Assembly (NCBI GenBank): GCA_038496445.1
Contig: JALMLS010000103.1
Location: 62,001-126,000, forward strand
Direction: 5' to 3'
DNA length: 64,000 nucleotides
From: Trichosphaerium sp. ATCC 40318
Taxonomy: Eukaryota > Protista > Tubulinea
Part shown: positions 35,471-47,700 of the stretch, piece by piece
How the letters are laid out: each line of letters opens with the position of its first letter
Numbering within the stretch: the stretch's first letter is position 1
Program-made: the position numbers and the translations under genes
Notes under the pieces: generated by a model
Databases searched by the model: none
What the model saw: the letters and a program-made list of their open reading frames with translations, nothing else
What the model was told of the DNA's origin: nothing

Positions 35471-36943
35471 GCCACTGCTACCAATGCTGCAAAAGTCTAC
35501 ATTTGTAAAATGTATGTTGCTTTGAATTTTCAGTGTTGGTTTTGAGAGGGAAAATAAAATAATCATCCGTCCAGTATCCAAGTTTGTTTGACTGATTGTG
35601 AGTTATTTTTTTGTGCTATTGTTGTTTGTTTTATTAAAAGGGAGGAAAAGTTGATTAAGATTTGCTAAGAAATCACAGACTATTGTCAATACTGAGTTTT
35701 CGCAATCGAAAGAATTGTGGCGTGTACACCAAGAAGTTACAGAAGTCAGCGTATGGAACTCTCAATGGACAAGTACAAAATACACTTCTATCAGTTGCCA
35801 AGACTGTAAATAAAACAAAGTACTATACATTTTCTATGGCAAACTGGTTATGTTTTCAGACGAAGGAGATACACGAGTTGGGACATTGTAGCGTCACCAC
35901 AACAACTTCTGAACCAAGCTTCAACGACAAAATGTTCGAGATGCAAGCTGGTATACAAGGGTTCGACAATGCATAATGTTCCGCGTATGACGGAACAGTT
36001 CTACTTTATTGACTAGCGCCTGCTTACACGAATGTGTTTTTCAATTTCTTCAAAAAAACGTTCTAGTTTTCCCATTTTTTGAAATCATTGATATTTTAGA
36101 TTGTCCCGCATCACGTGACATCTCACATGTAATATCGGGTTGAACAACACTTGTAGCATCTATTTCTGTATGTTTTAATTTTTTTTGGTAGATGTGGTTT
36201 CGTTTCAATCACGTATTCGGTCACGTGCGTTTCTAATTGATTTAGTACTCTTTTGGCTGTATATTTGCTGATGTTGGTGAAGCATACTGATTAAGTAGAT
36301 CCAAAAACCGTACCAGTAATTGTATCAGATTTATAAACAGTTTATAGATCGAGACATGTCGCTTGTGGGATACAAACTGAAGAATAATTGTGTTTCTTAG
36401 AGCAGACAACTTCGCTTAGGATTTCTATTTAAAAATTCATGAGGCGAGTTTATACGGCTGATAAACACATTATACTATTTTAAATATTGTGACTTATTTA
36501 CGTTCATTAATCTACATGGGAACTGTTCTCTGGTGGACAACTGGCACACTTGGTTTAGCTAATCTAGTTTTTTTTCTGTTAACTACTTTTTATCCATGAA
36601 ATAGCTCTACTCTATTTCTGAGAAACGCGAACAAAACTACAAAGTGGTGATAAAAGTATTGTACAGAGGTGTGCTGACGACAATGCTGACAGTGTATGAA
36701 GATATTCAGTTAACGATTTGTTCGCATCCTAGATAGCGCGATAGCGACTTATAAGAGAAGCTTAATATGGACAGACCTGACCTACACACGTCTAGTTATC
36801 CTCTGTTACAATCTGTCAGACCCATACATGAATCTGTAACGACGATTAGTGACATGTGGAACTTGCCATCTTTTTCTGAACTTGTAGTAATCACTGAACG
36901 TTGCACAAGCAGAAACATCATTTGGTCATTCTCTCATTAAAAC

Positions 36944-38470
36944 ATGGAAAGGAAAGAAGAAGGATTATCGCCTTTTGTGTCATTCCCACATGAGATTCTC
37001 GTATTAATATGCTGCAACCTTGATGTTCAACATATCGTAGCTCTTGGCACCACCTCGAAAACTTTTCAATCGTTTTCAGATGATAACATGATATGGCAAC
37101 AGCTTTATTCCCAACACTTTAGATCGGAACCTGAAGGCACTATTTGTAGGTGTAAGCTTTGTTTACAGTTTTCGAGTAGGAGACAATATCAAGACAGCGT
37201 TTATCCACCAATGGCCACATAAGGTACTTGTTTAATAACAGCCGCGAAAGCAAATTAAAACAAGCCTTCTGAGCTTCTTTTTGTGTATTGACTTCAAATT
37301 CTTACCAAATGGTGTTAAACACTCATTAACCGCTTTATTTAAAGGTGGAAGTACTCAAAATCAACAGGTTATTGACCTAAGATATTGTAGAAACGTTGTG
37401 TAATTCTAAACTGCTATTTCTAGTTCTACATACGGAAAAGACGTTAAAAACCGGCTACCAAGTCTAAAAATATCAGAAAAACAAGCCGATAAGTTGGAAT
37501 ATTGCCGAACGGTACATCACATGATTTATTTTTTCTTTGCAAAAAATGGTATTTGACACGTCCTTTTTTAGATCACATGCCACTTTTTCGGAGATGGACC
37601 TGTTGGATGTGTAAGTAAAACATTGTTGTTTTTCTTTCTCTTTTTTCCTCCAAAATTTCTCGCTCACTGAGCCTTTTGGGAGTAGACTTCCATTATTGTC
37701 AAATATATAACTGATTGGTTCATGGAGAAACACAATCCAACAATTGGTATGAAAATTAGCGAAAAAACCCTTAGCCGATTGTTTTTTGAAGAAAAGTTAT
37801 GTTTTAACACATCCTTCCTTTCCCTCTGGTATAACTTACTTGCTCCACAATCAGAGGATAAAACTATAATGTCGGTTAAAAAACGAGAGCTATATTACGT
37901 ATTGGAAGTGATAGACACTGCTGACTGTAAAAAGTGCGAAATAGTTTCAGTATTACCTTCATTTTTTCAAGATTCGATGTTAGGTATTACACCGCCGACA
38001 TACTTGTTTTGGTGTATGATGTACAAAATAGATCAAGCTTTGATAAGATTGCGAATTTCATAAAAATGATGCATATTGATGATTTTCCAGTGCCATTCAT
38101 ATCTGTATGCTAAAAAGGCTGTTTGTTATTGTAGCCATTACATTTCTCATTCTTGTGGATATAGGTTGCAAATAAATGCGATCTGGAAGTTGATAGACAA
38201 GTATCTGATGAAGAAGGAATGCTACGTGCAAAGTCATGGCGTGTACCATTCATAAGTGTGAGTTGCAAAACAGGAAAGAACATAGAAAATCTATTTTCTC
38301 TTATTATTGAACACTACCAACACGTGCGTACACGTGAGGCTAAACCAATATACACGTACATCTTTTTTATAAACTTCTTCTTTTGCGCAATTCTCATATA
38401 TCTTGCTTAAAGGAGGAAAAAGAAATCAAAGATTCGCAAAGTGTTCAATAAAGTCGTTGGCAAAAGATGA
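36944..38470 (+). CDS. F-box-Ras-like GTPase fusion, copy 3 (degenerate G1/G3)
   Basis: F-box exon, then FGDGPVGCTS, HNPTIED, DTADCK, ANKCD, SCK; ends KKKSKIRKVFNKVVGKR*. Confidence 0.82.
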
Positions 38471-38767
38471 CATGCTGTTGCGATTTAATTAGATAAAAAG
38501 CAGAAATGACGTAGAAATAGAATCAGTTTTCAAACACTAGTATCAACCATCGATTGCAGATAGAAAGAAAGAATAAAATAAAGTCTTCACAACTTGCACC
38601 TATTGACCCATCCATGCCGTAATTCATAACAAGATCAAACTTGCTCACAACTACAAAAAAACAAAGACGGCTTTTTTTTTAATTTTAAAACGTTGTTATT
38701 ACAAGCAATTATACAAAAAGGGGTTTGGGTTTTGGTGATCATTTTTTACATATGTCGAACATTAAAT

Positions 38768-40714
38768 TTATTCGTCATAGTATTCACCTTCTTCTTCATA
38801 ATCATCAACAGTATCAGAAGCAACCTCTTCGTAATCCTTCTCCAAAGCAGCCAAATCTTCACGAGCTTCGCTAAATTCGCCTTCCTCCATGCCTTCTCCG
38901 ACATACCAATGGACCTGAAAGAGAGAACGTAAGTCACTTGGAACGAAGAGCGAAAAAAAAATCCAAAAGTTTCTGAGAAACTGAACGTACAAAAGCGCGC
39001 TTGGCGAACATCAAATCGAATTTGCGGTTGATGCGTGAAAATGTTTCAGCAATTGCTGTAGTGTTAGCGAGCATAAGAACAGCTCGGGAAACCTTTGCTA
39101 GGTTGCCACCAGGTACAACTGTAGGTGGACGGTTGTTGATACCGCACTTGAAACCAGTTGGACTCCAGTCTACAAATTGAACGTTTCTAGAAAAAAAGTC
39201 AATATCAAGTCGCTTTGGTTACGCGTTTTTCTCGCTTGCTTCTTACCTTTTACTCTTGATGTTGGATACAGCAGCTTGAACATCCTTGTGTACTACAGCA
39301 CCACGGTACATGAGGCAAGTAGCCATGTACTTACCACGTTTTGGGTCGCACTTGCACAACATGTTTTGTTGCTCGAAAACAGCAGATGTGATTTGTCCAA
39401 CAGTCATTTCCTAAGCGACAAGATTAGTTTTTCGTTTCAAAAATTTACTCCAATTCAAAAAGAGACAAAACGTACCTCATAGTAAGCAGTTTTGGTGCCG
39501 ACAATAGGAGCGTATGAAGGGAGGATAAAGTGAATACGTGGGTATGGAACAAGATTTGTTTGGAACTCGTTGATATCAACGTTCAAGCAACCCTCGAAAC
39601 GAAGGGAAGTAGTCAAGGATGAGATGACTTGAGCGATCAATCTGTTGAGATCTTTGTAGCTAGGACGCTCAATACCAAGAGAGTCACGGCAGATATCGTA
39701 AATAGCCTTAAAGAGGTATAAGTATACAATGTAAAGGCGATAAACGGCCAAAGGAAAAAAAAGAAAGCAAAACAATTTGTACCTCGTTATCAAGAAGGAA
39801 AGCGCAATCAGTGTGTTCAAGAAGAGAGTGGGTAGACAATACTGAGTTGTATGGTTCTACAACGGAGGTTGCGACTTGTGGGGATGGGTAGATACAGAAA
39901 TCGAGTTTAGATTTCTTGGCGTAGTCTACGGACAAACGGTGGAGCAAGAGAGCACCAAAACCGGATCCAGTACCACCACCGACAGAGTGGAAGATAAGGA
40001 AACCCTAAAAAGGAGTTTAGGAAAAACGGTACAAGGCGGGAAAAATGTAGAAACAAACATAATTTACTCGCGTGTGCTTTGTAATCGCAAACGACGATGT
40101 CAGACACAAGTTTTGCAAAAAAAAATGTTTTGCGCGGGATGAATTTACTTGAGCGTAGACGTACTTGCAAGCCAGAGCATTGGTCTGTGAGCTTTCTGAT
40201 GCGGTCGAGGGTTACATCAATGAGGTCTTTACCGACTGTGTAGTGACCACGAGCGTAGTTGTTGGCAGCGTCTTCCTATCGGTTGTGTGAGTGTTGTAAT
40301 TCGTTTTAAAAGGAAACGCACTTTGCCAGAAATCAATTGTTCAGGGTGGAAGAGTTGGCCGTATTCGCCAGTGCGTACTTCATCAATTACGCTAGGTTCA
40401 AGGTCTAACAAACAGATCAGCTTGCTTTTGGCGCGATAAGCCTAAAAAGCAATACGTACCGACGTAAACGGAACGAGGTACGAATTTACCAGCGTCAGTC
40501 TCTGTAAAGAAAGTTTGGAAGCCTTGGTCAAGATCGCCGTTGATCCCTTGAGCACAGGTTCCATCAGGCTTAATACCGTGTTCTACGTATACTGTGAGCA
40601 CCAAAAACCATGGATAAGAATTTTTGGCGCCATACCTAGGCAATAGAGCTCCCAGCAAGCATTACCGGTTTGTACGCCAGCTTGTCCGATGTGAATTGAA
40701 ATGACTTCTCTCAT
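38768..40714 (-). CDS. tubA: Alpha-tubulin, intron-rich
   Basis: [95 protein letters not shown]. Confidence 0.98.
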
Positions 40715-41631
40715 GTTGTTAGTTAGGTTTGAATGTGTAAAACAGGAAGCCGGAGTGGTTGTTGCTTTAGTGTATGAGCAGTTAGTATACAATTTTGGCG
40801 CGAAAGTTTAAATTTGATAAAACTTCATTTTTCCCGCCTAGAAATGCCAAATATTTACACGCGTCTACTAATCATTACACGGCACTGTGAGGGATTCCCG
40901 ACACGGTTTGAGCTTCGCGTCAAATCTCGCTTAACAATGAAATTCACACGGTATTGTAAAACGTGCTGCGTTCGCACTGTTTGGCGTATGTAAACAATAT
41001 TCTCGCTCTTGTTGGCGAATTTGGTAAGCCAACCGTTTTACCCGCCATAAACCGCCACAAAAACTGTACCAAACGGTCGTAAACCTATTCGAGCCTATAA
41101 CATAACAAGTAGCGTGTCTAAAACTTTGTTGTAACTACCAGTGCCTGAACCTATGCTCCGCGCCGAAACTCGCCAATATCGTACGCTAACGTTACTTTTG
41201 AGGTCACGTACAAGTTTTGTTGATGCAGTTTTACATCCTGTATGTGACGCGAAAAAAGCACTTCTCTCACGTTACAAGCGCTAGAATTAATCTTTTACAT
41301 GGGTCAGGGCGCAAAAGTAACAAACTTGAACGACTCTTCTCGCCATGTAAAGTTTTGCACGCGTTAGCACTCTGTCGTATGCCAAAAACAACGCTGATGA
41401 AACTTTCACCTCTTTGTACAGACTTGCATTTCAAAAAAAAAAAGAAGCCAAAGAAACCAAAAATTTTTCGTTATATTTGGTTTGTTCTTGTTCGTTTATT
41501 CATTCGTCACATCATTAGCGCTTTGTAGATTATTAACAAGTACGTTATCCGTCGTTCACACGTCTGCGTGAGTTCCCATTATCTATTTTGTTACACATGT
41601 GTAACCCTTTTGCGTTTGTACGCAAAGAAGC

Positions 41632-42524
41632 ATGAGACAGCCAATTAAACAGCCAGTTAGACAAAGTTCTATCCCTATATTGCGTACAGTAACCTTGTAA
41701 AGTAGTGTTCTCATCGGAAAAAGGTGTTGGGACTGCTCAACAACGCGCAATGTTGGATATAACGCGTATACCATTTTTTAAGAGCACAACGAATGTTGTA
41801 GCGGGTTTACATGTCATCTTTGGTTTCTTGCTGCTAATGGTGCCCTATTTGGCTACTACTGGCAATTTCACGTGTGGCAAGTCGTGTCAATGCGCAAACC
41901 CACTTGGTACTGAAATATACATCACCTACTTCTAACGCGCGTGTAGTAAGGCTCTTGGGTGTAAATTATTTGTTTATTGGGTTTATGGCGTTAGCCTGCG
42001 GTGCAGCAAAAGGATCAGAACGAATTCGTGTGCGGCATCAGTTTTACGCGATTACCGTAATTTCTAACATTACCAAGGTGCTATTTGCTTTTTTATCTGG
42101 ATCCCTTATTATACAAGCGTTGCACTTTTATCATACGTATATAGGCGTTTACGAGGTACTACAACTAAACTGCTTCACGGCAAAATCGCATACGTAATTT
42201 TAAAAATATGTACTGCACCATCGCTTACTCTTTGCGTAACGAACTCCACTGCGCATGGTAAAAAACGCGATACAATTTTTTTTTACAGCGTTTTTTAATT
42301 GTTCAACAAAACGCTTTCCTGTTAATCCTACTTAGGAATCCTTTGTTATAAACATTGTATCTAAGACATTCCAACCAACTATAATTGTTTTGAGTTTATT
42401 TGCGCTTATGCAAGAGGTACAACGTAGACTTGGTAAAACGCGTACAAAAAGATTAGAAACAAAGTAAGAACATATATGTATTGGTTGTAGTTAACGAAGT
42501 TTCTTTTTTTGTAGAGTTGATTAA
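41632..42524 (+). CDS. Small multi-pass membrane protein of unknown function
   Basis: Hydrophobic exons (LHVIFGFLLLMVPY; VRLLGVNYLFIGFMALACG; VLFAFLSGSLII; IIVLSLFALM) joined by GT-AG introns. The 5' splicing is uncertain. Confidence 0.5.
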
Positions 42525-44725
42525 AATTGGGCTAAGAGTTTAACATAAAAAAAAACATTTTTAAAATGGGCTTGCATGCGTGTCATATACCTTAAGCAAC
42601 CCGACGCCGTTTTTTTTGAAAGTAAAACAGATCAAAAAAAAAACAAAACAAGAAAACCCACCACTCCCTCAAAGTTAGTTTGTATACATTGCACATAAAA
42701 GACTGGCTCTGTAAATAATAAAACACGTTTTTGTAGAGAACATATTTTGATGCCGTTTACCCTCAGATCTACTAACAGATTTAGTGTCTTACTATTATTT
42801 TGTATTGTACAGGCAACTTGGTTTGGGTCACAGCACGGCATTCAATAAAACAAATACCAGCTACATTATACAAGGATAGAATATCAAACAAACCTTTGCC
42901 GTTCGATGTAATGACTTGGTATTTATTAGATTTGTAGACTGTTGTTAATACATAAAGAGGTCCAAGTGTGTATCCACAAGGCGTTTTTTTTGGCCCAATT
43001 TGGATTACATAGTGTAATTTTATGTACAGCTGTGAGCGCCTTCAACTATTATTCTCTTACCACGAATATCGATTGTGTACACCTTCCAGACTAGTGATGA
43101 AACGTCTGTTATGAGTGTGTTCATCAAATCAATAGATGGAGTTTATCCTTACAGTCAATTATCAAAGAAAGGAATCTGAAATAACTGCAGAATAAAGTTT
43201 TATTGTATGAATACCAGAAAGGCAGGCCAAGTCTTTGTAACGTGATACAATTAGTGTGTTTCTAAGCAATGGACTTCCTGTTAGAAAACGCCTATGTGAT
43301 TGTTTCAGGTTGATCTGGAAAATGCCATTGGTGACATTAATGTCATTAAACTAGTGAAACCCCAGAAGCTGTAATACGCACTTCTGTCAAGCAACGCAAA
43401 ACATGTGTTAATGTCTCTGGCGGTAACTGTAGTGAAACAGTGTCAATGCGTTTTATGTGTTGGTAGCCATTCTAGTTGAGATCATATAGCAATTCTGCCA
43501 ATCCTGCCCACTAACCTATTCGGTCACGTATTGCTTTTGGTTAGATTTTCTAGTGCGAGTAGCTCTAACAGTAACATTGGGTGTAGAATAAACGTAGCAA
43601 TCAGTTAGTAATAGAATTCTTGTGAGCTCAGTTTCACTAAACTCACTGAGCACACGTGCTCATTTGACGTGCGTTAACAATGCGAAGAATTGTAGCTTTA
43701 TACATTAGATATTCTTAAGAAAACGGCTCAGTTGTTGCAATATAATCGATACATTTTTATTATTAACAAGTTTGAGCTCAAATATAGCGTACAGCTGGCA
43801 GGGCTACTATAAAAAATGTTGCAATTGGACCACCAATCAATGATAAAAGTCCCCAGGCTACTCTATGCCGATTTAGATAAAAAACAAGCATTTTAGTACC
43901 GTGATCGCCCTTTTTGTTCTGCTAGACCTGCATTAATCATTGCAAGCGTAAACCAGCCACCTCCCATAACGCCGTAGCTTCTAACGTGTCTTGGAATATG
44001 TTGAATATTAATTCTATGTGTTGTATACATTCTCGCAGGTGTAAAAGAGCGAAGGGACGCCTTATTACGTCAGTTAGAATTATTTCGGTTTATCGTACTC
44101 TATTAAATGTCTGAACGCCGTGGGTTGTTCTTAGATTAGTTCTAAATGCTTCCATGCTGTAGTGGGTAAGTATAGTAAGAAACCAATGCTGACTTAGATC
44201 TTTTCGAAATTTTATCAGTATTATAGTCAGAGAAAGGTGGAATAAAATGCCCGGGCTGAGTTTACACTCTACCAGTTCTCGTGACTGCCATAATAATCCA
44301 CTGAAAACGTTTCCTCTGCGGCAAAAACCTTGAATATTTTGCGAGTTTTCAGTCATTTTGCATCCTTTTTGCCTCGCTCACAACCTCCTAAAACTCGCAC
44401 AAATATTAGATTTTCTCTCTCCTACGCGCGTAAAGGCCGTACAAGCGTAAACATTCAAGTGGAAGTCGACACTTTGGCTAACTCATTTTGGAGTATTGTA
44501 CCATTTCTGGAGTAGGCTTGTTTGATCACCCGAGATTATTGATGTTTGTACTTGCGTACTGTCGCCTGAAAGCTATTTACCCGCTTAAGGCAACATTGAA
44601 AAGAATAAATAAAACTCCTTCGCTAGTACTTCCTGTGACTGATATTGTATGTTTGTTCACCACATGCAATAAATTGATAGGTGGAACGTACCGTAATATT
44701 TTGGTTCTAAACTTTGGTGTACACT

Positions 44726-47700
44726 ATGGCGGATATTAAAAATGATCTCGTTGAGCGCATCAAAACTCAGTGTGGCGCTTTGCAGTTAAATACTATAACA
44801 TCAATTGAAATTGATGGCTCACTGTACGTTATATCCAAACGCTACGCGTATCCCTAACGTTTGTAGCTGGAATCAAGAGCTAGAACCATCACAATGGAAC
44901 GGAGATTTACTGGGTATAATGGCGTTGTCTCTAGAGACCAATACAAGCCTTGAGAGGTACTGAGTATAAAATTACAGCGAAATAACCCAAAGCAGCGTCA
45001 AACTTAAAAAGATGGATTCTCCCGCATTAGCTTCGTTTCTTGCATGCCTGAAAACAAACGATACAGTAGATACAGTGGTATTAAATACGTTTTTTATTTC
45101 TATTTGTCTAAAAAGGCGTTTTTAAGGTGATCGAAACAAGTGATTTTGCTACGTGCGGTCGGTTTGTTGCTGACATCCTAGCAACAGAACAAATAAAGGA
45201 ACTACGCTTTAAAAAAGTAAAAAGTATCTCTTTTGAAGAGGTACGCGTACATTAATTGGTTACAATACGTCTTTATGGCGTTTGAGATTCTTTAATATTA
45301 ATTATTGGTTTTTGAAGTTTTCCGTTGTTATTGACGGACTTGGAAGAGTCCAAACGCCGTTGAAATTAACTATTAATGCGTGTGAATTACCAGATAACTT
45401 TTCTAATCTACTTGGTGGCGTATTAAAGAAGAATTGCGCCATTAAATATTTGAATCTTTCTTCAAATAATTTAAGAGATCATGGTACGTTTAAGATGCCA
45501 TTTCATAATTTGATTCATGTATTTAATCCTATTGGATGAGCTTATTTGGTATAGATTGTTCAATACTGTCAGCGTGTTTAAAAAACAATACAGTTTTACA
45601 AAGTCTGTCATTATCTGGAAACCGTATAAGTCAGAAGGGAGCTGTTGATCTTGCCACGTGTATGACGTTTAACATGACGTTGCGCTTACTAGAATTTGAA
45701 GATAATCCTGTACCAGATAAAGGTACACATGATTAATAATCACAATGTTGACATCTGTCACGTTTTTTTTCGGTTATCTTTTTTTTTTCACATTAAAATA
45801 CTTTTTAGGTCTAGCATCACTTGGTCGTGCTTTATTCTATAATATTGGTTTAGAGTATTTAACAATACCAGAATTTAAAATCCCTTTCGCTGCTAAAGAT
45901 GTCTTTGCTACAGTAAGCCGCAAAAACTGGTAAAAAACCCAAAATCACTAATTTTTTAATAGGTTGGCTTAAGAAATTTCCGTTTGATAAAAGGTACGCT
46001 AAAAGAAATCTACTTTGACATTCCGGTTGGCTTTATGTCAAAAAGGGAAATAAAATGTAGTATGTATGTTAACACTTTGATGTAGTTAAGGGTGTTTTTA
46101 ATCGCACTGCACTCTTTAAAAAGAATGCTGGACCAGTTGAAGCACTTGTGATGGATGCTGTGGAACGATATGGACTCAGCCTCAATCTCAGTTCACGTGG
46201 AATATCTTCAATGCCTCAGAATTTGTGTACGAAGAAAACCCCAAAATGGCATTGTTTTAGATCTAAAACAATGTATAGGGAGTAAATTAGTCAACTTGAA
46301 GGAATTAGTACTGCTGGACAATCAAATAACCGAAATCCCGCCTTATTTTGGTACCATCAACAGTCATATTTGATTTTTTAATGTTCCAGTGCATCTTTCA
46401 AACACGTGTGATTAATTGAGTTTTCAAATTAGTTCACCTCGAGAAGCTTCAATGTCTTATATTAACAAAGAACCGTTTAACAACCCTATCAAGTAGTACA
46501 ATTGGTAAACTAACAAACTTGCGTATACTCAGTTTAAGGCACGTGGCATCTTGTTTAAGTTATTGTTGTTTTTGAAAGTTTAATACCTTACTTAGTCACA
46601 ACTTTTTGATGAGTTTGCCTGATTCTATTGGAAATCTCACCAATCTTCGTGTTCTTGATGTAAACTTTAATAATCTGGAGATACTTCCAGACTCAATAAC
46701 AGATTGTCATCATTTGACAGAAATATATTTACGAGGGAACAGACTTCACTCCCTCCCTGGAAATATGGAAAACCTACACCGGTTGAAGTTACTCGACATA
46801 CAAAGTAACCCTCTAGAGTACGTTATTCAACGCTAAAGAATTTACTTGTTAGTATAGATAACTACAATTGGACTTCTCAAACTTTTGTTTTGACAGCCTT
46901 TTTTATGAGTTATTTATGTGTATATTATAGTGGGATACTCGAGAGTGTATTACCTATAGAACCAGGAGTAATTTCAAGACCAGCAGCATTCGAGAAGCTC
47001 TTTTGGTACTTAAAAACATCAACAACAAATAAAATGGTTGATATATCAGTACTGAAAGTAATGATGCTTGTACGTCTAACCTAGCATTATTTATTTATAA
47101 TGGTATTACAAAGGGTGACTCTGGTGTTGGGAAATCATCGTTGGTCAATTACATGCGAACAGGAAGACCTAGCAAGCAGGTAATAAGCGTTATTTGTCCC
47201 GATTTATTGTTATTTGTTCGAATTAAGCTTCTCTTGTAGGGCATGATTACTGGATCTGCTTGTATGGAAATATCCAGTCACGCTAAGAGGGGCGTTTGGT
47301 TCGATATGTATGATTCATGTGGAGAAGAAACACTCAAACGTGCGTTTATCACAGACTTGCTAAAATACTAATACTTAATTAGCTACAACACAATTAGTAC
47401 GCAATCAAACATAATTTAATGTTCCGTTATAAAGTCAACTTATTCTTGTAGTTTATGACAAATTCTTGCGTGTACATTATTGTATTTAGCATAGAAGAAC
47501 CAGATACTGACGAAATAGACTATTGGCGTCAAGTATGTGACATTTTTTTAGCTGTCTTTTTTTCGTTTTGTTTGATGCTTTTTTTGTTATTTGTGTATCA
47601 ATCTAAATTGTTGTATTTAAGGTAATTGAACTCAATACCAAAAAATCAACACCTATAATATTGGTGGGAACACACTCTGATTCTAAAAAATCGAGCAAGA

